Assembly (NCBI RefSeq): GCF_000017845.1
Contig: NC_010546.1
Location: 2,520,001-2,552,000, forward strand
Length of the DNA: 32,000 bases
Source: Crocosphaera subtropica ATCC 51142
Lineage (GTDB): Bacteria; Cyanobacteriota; Cyanobacteriia; Cyanobacteriales; Microcystaceae
Reading direction: 5' to 3'
Position 1 is the first letter of the stretch. Every line of letters starts with the position of its first letter. This document shows, piece after piece, positions 1 through 7,527 of the stretch. The notes beneath the pieces are model-generated. The model saw only the letters and a program-made list of their open reading frames with translations. It was not told the DNA's origin and did not search any database. The position numbers and the translations under genes were made by a program.

Positions 1-78
1 TTCGCACCCGGAATGGCCAGCACCCACTACGATGATATCAAAGCTATCCTGGAAGTCAACGGGAGTGGTAAGGGTCAT
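1..78 (-). CDS. mnmG: MnmG/GidA tRNA uridine 5-carboxymethylaminomethyl modification enzyme, first 26 codons only (gene runs off the left edge)
   Basis: Minus-strand reading from the ATG at 78..76 gives MTLTTPVDFQDSFDIIVVGAGHSGCE. The FDxIVVGxGHxGCE dinucleotide-binding N-terminus is characteristic of MnmG/GidA. It is too short to appear in the supplied ORF track. Confidence 0.7.
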   Translation of the reverse strand, partial: MTLTTPVDFQDSFDIIVVGAGHSGCE

Positions 79-83
79 AGTTT

Positions 84-118
84 AGAAGTCAGAAGTTAGA
101 AGTCAGAAGTCAGGAGTA
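84..118. repeat. Heptanucleotide tandem repeat (STRR-like), 5 units AGAAGTC/AGAAGTT/AGAAGTC/AGAAGTC/AGGAGTA
   Basis: Period-7 repeat read directly in the intergenic DNA upstream of mnmG. Confidence 0.9.
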
Positions 119-207
119 AAACAGTTTATAGGGTTTGTTTATTTTTTGACTACTATATTTTATTTTAGCGGATGGGTTTGATAGTTATTATGATGTTGAA
201 TATTTAT

Positions 208-618
208 TTATCGTAATAAAGCTTGAAAACCTGCTTGAACAAAATGAATATCTGAGGTAAGCGCATCGGTTAATTTTTGTTCGTCCATAACTATAAATGA
301 AATACAATCAACTAAACCCCAATATTTGTCTTGTCTAGAACCATATAATGTTAATCCTTCTTGAAAAAGTTGAGGAGTAATATTAACAACTGAAATGTTA
401 TCAGTTGAATAACATTGTTGAATAAAGGCAGAAACTTTTTGACGGTTATAGTTACTAAGTGCGTTACCAACTTCCATAAAAATAGCTTCTGTTATCCAAA
501 CCTCTTTTGCATTTCGTACACGGGGTAAAAATTCTTTTGCAAGTTGATGATATTGATCACGGGAGTTAAGAATAGCCTGAATAAAAACAGTATCTAGAAA
601 AAATCGATCTTGAGTCAT
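208..618 (-). CDS. PIN-domain ribonuclease toxin (VapC-like)
   Basis: 136 aa. Acidic residues have PIN-like spacing (FFLDT near the N-terminus, ITEA, LVDCIS). The start ATG overlaps the upstream small gene's stop codon (TAATG). Confidence 0.8.
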   Translation of the reverse strand: MTQDRFFLDTVFIQAILNSRDQYHQLAKEFLPRVRNAKEVWITEAIFMEVGNALSNYNRQKVSAFIQQCYSTDNISVVNITPQLFQEGLTLYGSRQDKYWGLVDCISFIVMDEQKLTDALTSDIHFVQAGFQALLR

Positions 619-860
619 TAATTATCACTTTTTTTCGGTGTACCATATAAATAATGATCATGTTCACTTGACCAGTCTTCAGCTGCTTCATAAGTTCCTG
701 TCATTTCTTCGAGGAGATCCCAAGCATTTTTAGTTGTTGTTTCTTGTGATTTTTCTTGAGAAATAATTTGAATGGTATAACGGGTATTAGGTTCTAATGT
801 GATCTTTTCTTCTGGATAAAACGCTGAACCATCATAAGTTACTATTAATTGTTCTTGCAT
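618..860 (-). CDS. Small antitoxin, AF2212/DUF104-like N-terminal beta module with the cyanobacterial DWSxEHDHYLYG tail
   Basis: 80 aa. VTYDGSAFYPEEKITLEPNTRYTIQII resembles the AF2212-like antitoxin fold signature. It is translationally coupled to the PIN gene by a 1-nt overlap. Confidence 0.7.
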   Translation of the reverse strand: MQEQLIVTYDGSAFYPEEKITLEPNTRYTIQIISQEKSQETTTKNAWDLLEEMTGTYEAAEDWSSEHDHYLYGTPKKSDN

Positions 861-1073
861 AATTAAATCTTTCCTTTCTACTGGTTAATTACAAGGCTAA
901 CATAAGATTATTATCTTTTGTCCCTTGATAATATTCAGCCCTAGGACATTAGCAAACAAGACGGAAACCGTAATTACTTGCCTTAAAGCTAGGAGTAAAA
1001 CTATTATATTGAGTCATCAATATATCAAAGAATGTCGATTAATAATTGATTGAGATGAATCACTTATTAAATC

Positions 1074-2741
1074 CTAGCTTAATTCTGCTACAATTTGATT
1101 CTCCACTAAACTATTTTGTGTTAATAAATCCTCAACGCTTACCCTTAAAAATCGCTGTTCATCGACCCAAAATTCTAACTTAATTCTATCACTTCCTGGC
1201 ATTCCTAAAGGCTCTAATTTAGCCAAAGTTCTCGCTCCATCTCTATCATTTAAAGCTTGCACATTGCTTTGCTCATTTCCTAATGAACGAGTGACTAACC
1301 TATCCCCATCAAAATAGACTTCTGTTCCCCCTGTTTCTGACCCCAATTCCCCGATAATTAACTCAATACTGGGTTGATTTTCAATAGATGCACCTAACTT
1401 AATTTCTATCGGTTCATTCATAGGATAAGATTGCCCTGATTTAATTATAGAATGCCAACTATGGCACTTTTTACGACGGTTCCAATATCTAATACCATAA
1501 CTATGATAAAGGAAGTCCTTGACCTCAAATCCTTCTGCTAATTTTAATGCACCTTCGGCAATAGCAGAAAAAGGGCGATCGCATTTAATTTTATCTTCAT
1601 CAAAGTATTGTTTCACCCAAGTTTGTACAGCAGGAATTTGTACCGTTCCCCCCACCAATAAAATACCATCAATATCATTTTTTTCAATCCCATTTCGTCT
1701 TGCTTGTTGCAAAACTTGGCTCATTAACTCATCTAATTTAATAAAAAATTGTTCTTCTTTTAAAATACTTTCAAACCCATCTCTATCTAATGCCAACTCA
1801 TAACTATCTAAAGTTTCATCATTAAAATAAACTTCGTTGGCTTTTTCTTGAGAAGATAACTTTATTTTCAATCGTTCTGCTAATCTTAAGGTCAACGAAG
1901 AAACAGGCACATCTTGAGTTTTAGCAAAATAATTCATGAGCCAGTTATCAATATCTGAACCACCTAAATTTGCCCCTGCTTTAGCTAAAACACGAGCAAT
2001 TTTAGGCTTTTGACTCTTACTTTCTCCTAGAAACTTTTGACCCCATTTTAAAATAAATCCTTGGTTTTTTTGTAAATTGTCTGAGCCTAACTTAACCAAA
2101 GATAAATCAACGGTTCCCCCACCAAAATCTAAGACTAATAATAATTCTTCTTCTGTGGTTCCATAACCTAATGCAGCAGCCGTGGGTTCATCTAATAGTC
2201 TAACTTGATCAATATTCCACCCTTGACAAACATTGCCTAACCAGTGACGATACGTTTCAAAACTATCCACAGGAACCGTTAAAACCAAGGAATCTAAAGG
2301 GGTTGCTGATTCAGTTTTCAATTGTTCAATAACACGATTTAAAAACCATTCACCTATCTTCTCAAAGGTAACAGATGTTTCATCTAATTCAGGTAAAAAC
2401 CCTTGAATATTTGCTCCTATTCCCCGTTTAAACTGTCGAAAAAATCTCGAATTATTGGATAAATCTAAACCGCAATCACGCACAGTTTGTCCTACTAAAA
2501 TGTTAGTATTCTTGGCATCTTCGACATAAACTAAACTAGGAATTAAAGGAGGATTATTCCCTAGTTGTTGAGATAACCCTGAAAGTTTAATGATTTCTGA
2601 TTGTTGTGTCACTGGGTTGACACGGGTAATTACTGTATTGCTGGTACCAAAGTCAAGGGCGTAAGACACTTCTATTTTAAAAAGATTCAGTAAATAACAG
2701 TTAATTCTCTTAAAATAGCAAACAGCCTTAACCCATGACAA
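1074..2741 (-). CDS. Hsp70-family (DnaK-like) ATPase, non-canonical short form
   Basis: Actin-like ATPase motifs are present: ALDFGTSNT (phosphate 1), LVLDFGGGTVDLS (phosphate 2) and ILLVGGTVQIPAV (adenosine). There is a C-terminal beta-rich region. The true start may be the GTG at 2669, directly before SYALDFGTSNT. Confidence 0.85.
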   Translation of the reverse strand: MSWVKAVCYFKRINCYLLNLFKIEVSYALDFGTSNTVITRVNPVTQQSEIIKLSGLSQQLGNNPPLIPSLVYVEDAKNTNILVGQTVRDCGLDLSNNSRFFRQFKRGIGANIQGFLPELDETSVTFEKIGEWFLNRVIEQLKTESATPLDSLVLTVPVDSFETYRHWLGNVCQGWNIDQVRLLDEPTAAALGYGTTEEELLLVLDFGGGTVDLSLVKLGSDNLQKNQGFILKWGQKFLGESKSQKPKIARVLAKAGANLGGSDIDNWLMNYFAKTQDVPVSSLTLRLAERLKIKLSSQEKANEVYFNDETLDSYELALDRDGFESILKEEQFFIKLDELMSQVLQQARRNGIEKNDIDGILLVGGTVQIPAVQTWVKQYFDEDKIKCDRPFSAIAEGALKLAEGFEVKDFLYHSYGIRYWNRRKKCHSWHSIIKSGQSYPMNEPIEIKLGASIENQPSIELIIGELGSETGGTEVYFDGDRLVTRSLGNEQSNVQALNDRDGARTLAKLEPLGMPGSDRIKLEFWVDEQRFLRVSVEDLLTQNSLVENQIVAELS

Positions 2742-2825
2742 GGCGACGGTTAAAAAAGTTATTAATTAACCTAGTTTTTTCAAAACGATTTTTAAACAAG
2801 AACGGTGGTAAAAACAAGAAAAATG

Positions 2826-3809
2826 TTAGTAAAGACGACTCAAAACATAATCAACCAAATCCGTTAAGGACTGGGAATATTGAGAAGGCTTTAAACAATC
2901 TAACTGTTTAAGGGCAAGTTGGGCATGGTAAGAGGCTAATTCTCTTGATCTGGCAATGCCTTGACTTTCGGTAATAATAGATAAAGCCTTTTCGATGTCC
3001 TCCTCTTCGCTAAACTCTCGTTCAATTAATGTTTTTAAATAGGGAGTTTCTTCCATGGCAAATAAAGCAGGGGCCGTAATATTGCCACTGATTAAATCTG
3101 AACCTGCTGGCTTGCCTAATACTTCCGTGGGTGAGGTAAAATCGAGGATATCATCGACGATTTGAAAAGCGAGTCCTAGATACCGTCCGTAAGCGTACAG
3201 ACTATCGATCACTTCAGTCGAAGAATCGCTTAAAATAGCAGCAGATTTGGCACTATTAGCGATCAAAGAAGCGGTTTTATAGTAGCTTTTGTCTAAATAA
3301 GCATCTAAAGTCAAACTGGTATCAAAGCGATTAATCCCTTGAAAAATTTCCCCCTCAGCAAAATCACGGATAACTTCTGAGAGTAACTTAACTACTTCTA
3401 GATTATCTAGATTCGCTAAGTACCAAGAAGATTGAGCAAATAAAAAGTCTCCTGCCAACACAGCAATACGGTTATCAAACAAACTGTTAACTGTGGGGAC
3501 GTTGCGTCGTAAGGCTGCTTCATCTACCACATCATCATGAACTAAACTAGCAGTGTGGATCATCTCCGTAATTTCTGCCAGTCTGCGATGACGGGGAGTG
3601 ATATCACTGTCTAACATCGTAGCCCGTGACACTAATAAAACGATCGCCGGACGAATGCGTTTACCCCCTGCATCAAATAAGTGTTCGGCCGCTGCCCCAA
3701 GGATGGGATGACGCGCTCCCACTAAGCGTTTGAGGTTGTCTGTCAAAAGGCGTAAGTCGTCTTCTACAGGGGAAAAGAGAGAGGTTGTTGAGATCATGCG
3801 GTTAGTCAA
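2826..3809 (-). CDS. sds: All-trans-nonaprenyl (solanesyl) diphosphate synthase, plastoquinone-9 side chain
   Basis: 327 aa. It has the two aspartate-rich prenyltransferase motifs LVHDDVVDEA and FQIVDDILDF. The overall sequence matches my recollection of cyanobacterial Sds rather than CrtE. Confidence 0.88.
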   Translation of the reverse strand: MTNRMISTTSLFSPVEDDLRLLTDNLKRLVGARHPILGAAAEHLFDAGGKRIRPAIVLLVSRATMLDSDITPRHRRLAEITEMIHTASLVHDDVVDEAALRRNVPTVNSLFDNRIAVLAGDFLFAQSSWYLANLDNLEVVKLLSEVIRDFAEGEIFQGINRFDTSLTLDAYLDKSYYKTASLIANSAKSAAILSDSSTEVIDSLYAYGRYLGLAFQIVDDILDFTSPTEVLGKPAGSDLISGNITAPALFAMEETPYLKTLIEREFSEEEDIEKALSIITESQGIARSRELASYHAQLALKQLDCLKPSQYSQSLTDLVDYVLSRLY

Positions 3810-4357
3810 ACCTAGTTATTCAGTTACGAAAGTTTACATATTGTTGTATTTATTTTAAGCTAACCTTCCAGACAAAGAAACTTAATTGACCATTTTCTTG
3901 GAAACAAGTTGTTAAACTTCGGTAAAGTCCCGAAAAAAATTATCCATTTCGGAATTCTTGTGTTAAGTTAATAATAAGGGTTTTAAGAATTTACCCCTCT
4001 GTCCTAAAAGGCTAGTAGATGAGCCATTGTTCTTAAGCGACTTTTAGGAATGAGGAAGCCGTTAGCCGTAACTAGCTAACAGCCTATGCAATCACCTAAC
4101 AGGGTTGCAACTCTGTTTGGATAGAACTGGCAGATGTAGAAAACGACTGGCGTTGAACAAAGGTCGAATTCTGTTATAGTTTTGTTAAGTGAAATCTCTT
4201 AGTTGCAAGTTCATCCAAGGAAGACTTTGGTTGTACTTGCGAGCTTAAGGCAGTAGATGTCGTGAAACTGCTGCTAATTTGAGCTACCTGAAAAAATCTC
4301 AACCCCTTAATTATAACACAAAGTCCACCATTACCATAATAACTTGAAGACAAGAAG

Positions 4358-4474
4358 ATGCCTGTGATCACACTGTTTCTCGCTGCTCTCTATTTATTAA
4401 TGATCTACGGATTGTTGATACTTGCTAAACGTACGGGTAAGTGGTCGTCCCCACCTCCTCGTGATCTCGGATAA
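4358..4474 (+). CDS. Candidate 38-aa single-pass hydrophobic peptide (MPVITLFLAALYLLMIYGLLILAKRTGKWSSPPPRDLG)
   Basis: ATG..TAA ORF found by manual translation; it is below the ORF-track size cutoff. One clean hydrophobic helix is followed by a basic/proline tail. It lies in an otherwise ORF-free 770-nt spacer. No strong Shine-Dalgarno sequence is present. Confidence 0.3.
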   Translation: MPVITLFLAALYLLMIYGLLILAKRTGKWSSPPPRDLG

Positions 4475-4529
4475 AATTATTGTGTAATCAAAATCTAAGA
4501 TCAGAACAACTGGATAATCGACAAAGATC

Positions 4530-4575
4530 AAGGATTGGTAAAGGTGTGAGGAGATCAGATCAAAAACCAATCCTT
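4530..4575 (-). other. Perfect 10-bp stem (AAGGATTGGT/ACCAATCCTT) with a 26-nt loop; on the minus strand the loop carries CUCCUCACAC (Yfr1 core-like). Possible sRNA or 3'UTR element, or a bidirectional terminator
   Basis: The inverted repeat was read directly. The motif GTGTGAGGAG at 4544..4553 on the plus strand is CTCCTCACAC on the minus strand. The element starts 5 nt after the murI stop codon. Confidence 0.4.
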
Positions 4576-4579
4576 ATGC

Positions 4580-5425
4580 TTATTCAAGCACTTCTACTTG
4601 TTCTCTTGCGAGGGTAGGACTAAAACTAATGGGCAAAGACACTGACTCAACATAGGGGCAATAACCTAACCATTGTTGAGACAGTCGGGAGAATGTATCC
4701 GAACAACCACTGACAGCAAAGCGAGTCGGTGAAGCAGAGGCTGTTTTACTCAATCCCATTAACTCTAACTCTTTTTTAGCAGCCTGTACCACATAACTTG
4801 CTGGATCAATCAGTTTGATCGTCGGGGGGATGATAGTTTTAATGAGGGCTTCTAGATGGCGGTAATGGGTACAACCGTAAATTAGGGTATCAATATCATG
4901 GGCTAGTAATGGGCTAAGATATTCTTGGGCGACTTGCTTCGTATAGACATCCCAAATGCGATTTTGTTCAATCAAAGGGACAAACTGGGGACACCCGACT
5001 TGCCAAACTTGAGCTTCAGGATTAATTTCTTGAATCGCCTGACGATAGGCTTGACTTTTAGCCGTGGCCGGGGTGGAGATGACCCCAATACGCTTACCCT
5101 GTTTCACAGCCGCTTTGGCTCCTGGCAAGATGACCCCTAAAATAGGAACATCGAACTCTTGACGTACTGCTTCGAGGGCCAAAGCAGAACTGGTATTACA
5201 AGCCATAATGACCATTTTGACATTTTGTTGAGTCATCCAAACTAAAATTTCTCGAACAAACTGTAAAATTTCTGATGCTTCACGATTACCGTAGGGAAGT
5301 CGCGCCGTATCCGCAAAATATAGGATGGATTCTTGGGGTAACTGTCGGTAAAGTTCCCGTAAAACAGTCAATCCTCCCACACCACTATCAAACACACCAA
5401 TAGGACTGTTTTGAATCTCTCTCAT
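4580..5425 (-). CDS. murI: Glutamate racemase
   Basis: 281 aa with GVFDSGVGGLTVL, MACNTSSA and GCTHY motifs, including both catalytic Cys contexts. Confidence 0.93.
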   Translation of the reverse strand: MREIQNSPIGVFDSGVGGLTVLRELYRQLPQESILYFADTARLPYGNREASEILQFVREILVWMTQQNVKMVIMACNTSSALALEAVRQEFDVPILGVILPGAKAAVKQGKRIGVISTPATAKSQAYRQAIQEINPEAQVWQVGCPQFVPLIEQNRIWDVYTKQVAQEYLSPLLAHDIDTLIYGCTHYRHLEALIKTIIPPTIKLIDPASYVVQAAKKELELMGLSKTASASPTRFAVSGCSDTFSRLSQQWLGYCPYVESVSLPISFSPTLAREQVEVLE

Positions 5426-5511
5426 GTTTTGATTAAGTCAATAAAGAAAAAGTTAACAATTGAACCATGAATTTATAGGTTAGTAACTATATTGTAAGAA
5501 CAGAAACGAAA

Positions 5512-7359
5512 TTAGAGTCCTTTTTGCCGAATATAATCTAAAATTCCTTGAGCGATCGCCCTGGCCATTTGACTACGATACACCGGATCACGCAATCTAG
5601 CATTATCGATCGTCCCGGTCACAAAGCCTACTTCTACTAAAGCAGAGGGCATATTAGAGGTTCTCAGGACGTAAAAACGGGAACTTTTGACTCCGCGATC
5701 GTTAGCGATTGTCACATTTCGTAAAATGCTACGGTGGATTGCTTCAGCTAACTCTCGATTTCCCGTATAAAACGTTTCCATCCCATTCACATTAGACCGC
5801 CCACCCCCCACCGCATTGGCATGGATACTGACAAAAATGTTTGCCCTAGCTCGATTGGCCATAGCAGTACGACCCTGAAGACTAACAAAATAGTCAGCAT
5901 TGCGAGTCATCATCACTTCCACCCCTTGCTGTTTAAGCAGTTGACTCACTTCTAAGGAAATAGGAAGAATAACATCCACTTCCCTAAGCCCCCCTAATCC
6001 GACCGCCCCTGGATCTTTTCCTCCATGGCCCGGATCAATGACCACCAGAACCCTTCCCCTGGGAGTAACTGTGCCGGGAGGCGGGGTGATGGGTCGAGAT
6101 GGACCCGTCGCCGGAGGAGGAACGGTAATGGTAGTGGGATCATCAGTAATAGGGGGGCGATTGGTTTGTAAAGACCGCACTTCAAGGGATAAGGTTTCTG
6201 CATTGGGTTGACGTAACCCCCCAAACCGTACCCCCAAGGAAGGGCGAACCTGAATCACCACCGTATCCGTATTCGCCTGAGTCACCTTTAACTGATAAAT
6301 GGGGCTATTGCGCCCCAACTGGGGACCTTGGATAGGGTCAGCCAGTTGGGCTTGAGGAATACGGATTTCAAAGGTCCCGGTTCGGCGATCAATGCTGCCC
6401 TCCCCTTTAATCGGCCCGTTAGCCCGAATCAGCAGTTGACTGTCGTTATTGGTTAATTCAATGGTAGAGATGGTGGGATTTTGATTTTTAACTGGACTAA
6501 CCGTTACCTCTGAGGAAGGATTAGGGGGTGTTAAATCTTGTACCGCCGATAAACCCCCTTGCGGTAACAAAACAAGACCCCCCAAACGGGAATAATAAGC
6601 TTGCCATCCTGGACTATCCTTGGCCACTCGTAGGGTGAGACGAGCTTGAGAGGGCTGGGGTTGCTCAAACTTAATGTCACTGACCCCATATTCATTAACC
6701 GCAAGGGTTTGATTGATTAAGGATTGGGGTAAGGATGTCCCAGGTAAGGTAAATTGTACCGTTTTGGCATCTTTTTCTTGCCTATCTTCTACTTGAATAT
6801 CCCGATTTTGTCCTTGTTTGTCTAAACGAACAAATAAACCATTACGGGTGACTTGAAAATTATTATTTTCTTGAGAGGAAGAAGGAGAGGGATTAAGGGG
6901 CCGTTGAGGTAAGGGATTACTGGTAGGGGGATTGGGACGAGGATTCGGTCTAGAGGTCGTAGAATTACTAATCCGTTGGGGATCAGGCAATTCTACGGTC
7001 CATTGGGTCGGAGAAATACCCCTGACCTTAACCTGGGTGGGGTCAACCGTGTATCCGGGGGCTAACTCAATCACCAAACGAGTGGTTTGGGAATTAAATT
7101 GACCCACACGAACACTTTTAATGGTTCCGCCAATGGTTTGATCTACGGTGGAACGGCCTAAGGTGATTCCTGGCAAATCTAGAACGATACGAGTAGGGTT
7201 AGGGATTAACTGGGCCCGAGGTTGAACCCGTGAATCTGTGGTAAAAACGAGGCGATTTTGATTATTTTCATATCGCCAAAAGAGGAGTCTGCCTGCTTGT
7301 GCTGGCAAGGCGAACAAAAGGGTGCTGAGGATACTTAATAGTAGCCAGTGAAATCTCAC
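5512..7359 (-). CDS. amiC: N-acetylmuramoyl-L-alanine amidase, AmiC type: signal peptide, AMIN domains, Pro-rich linkers, C-terminal Amidase_3
   Basis: The signal peptide ends in ALPAQA. AMIN-like segments are present (RIVLDLPG..VRVGQF..TRLVIEL). Linkers are proline-rich. The catalytic domain shows VVIDPGHGGKDPGAVG and SIHANA. Confidence 0.9.
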   Translation of the reverse strand: MRFHWLLLSILSTLLFALPAQAGRLLFWRYENNQNRLVFTTDSRVQPRAQLIPNPTRIVLDLPGITLGRSTVDQTIGGTIKSVRVGQFNSQTTRLVIELAPGYTVDPTQVKVRGISPTQWTVELPDPQRISNSTTSRPNPRPNPPTSNPLPQRPLNPSPSSSQENNNFQVTRNGLFVRLDKQGQNRDIQVEDRQEKDAKTVQFTLPGTSLPQSLINQTLAVNEYGVSDIKFEQPQPSQARLTLRVAKDSPGWQAYYSRLGGLVLLPQGGLSAVQDLTPPNPSSEVTVSPVKNQNPTISTIELTNNDSQLLIRANGPIKGEGSIDRRTGTFEIRIPQAQLADPIQGPQLGRNSPIYQLKVTQANTDTVVIQVRPSLGVRFGGLRQPNAETLSLEVRSLQTNRPPITDDPTTITVPPPATGPSRPITPPPGTVTPRGRVLVVIDPGHGGKDPGAVGLGGLREVDVILPISLEVSQLLKQQGVEVMMTRNADYFVSLQGRTAMANRARANIFVSIHANAVGGGRSNVNGMETFYTGNRELAEAIHRSILRNVTIANDRGVKSSRFYVLRTSNMPSALVEVGFVTGTIDNARLRDPVYRSQMARAIAQGILDYIRQKGL

Positions 7360-7527
7360 AATAGTTACTCCTATGGAGAATAACGGTTCTAATACTGATA
7401 CAGGGTAATAGGAACCGCCTTACTCATCAACTCCAAGAGACGAAAAAATGTGTCTAAGGTTTCGAGAATGCTTCCTTATTGTCAGCAAAGCTTTATTTTT
7501 GTTGCTGAGTAAAACGGGTCACTCTCA

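Noticed and set aside
1519-1803. 94-aa plus-strand ORF within the Hsp70-like gene. Similar internal or antisense ORFs occur at 4925..5140, 5994..6224, 13068..13349, 13467..13724, 14041..14226, 16794..16988, 18742..18945, 21473..21691, 23040..23312, 24984..25205, 25539..25790, 27065..27340 and 27269..27451
   Set aside because: All lie inside longer ORFs that carry recognisable family motifs. None has recognisable motifs of its own.
208-2741. A possible functional link between the PIN/antitoxin pair and the adjacent Hsp70-like gene as a single system
   Set aside because: They are separated by a 213-nt spacer. The TA pair is self-contained, and I know of no precedent or sequence evidence tying them together.
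3921-3932. GGTAAAGTCCCG resembling the RNase P RNA GGAAAGTCCGGGC box
   Set aside because: The match is imperfect and no other conserved RNase P region (P4 partner, GNRA loops) is nearby.
4162-4171. GGTCGAATTC resembling a tRNA T-arm (GGTTCGAATCC)
   Set aside because: No acceptor stem, D-arm (TAGCTCAG-like) or anticodon arm can be built from the preceding 60 nt. I saw no tRNA anywhere in the window.
4174-4371. 65-aa minus-strand ORF in the sds-murI spacer
   Set aside because: It has no motif, an odd composition and no ribosome-binding context. It also overlaps the start of the more protein-like 38-codon plus-strand ORF.
7483-7510. Hairpin TCAGCAA...TTGCTGA downstream of the antiporter gene, considered as an intrinsic terminator
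   Set aside because: It has only a 7-bp AT-rich stem, a long loop and no U-tract on the transcribed (minus) strand. That is too weak to annotate.
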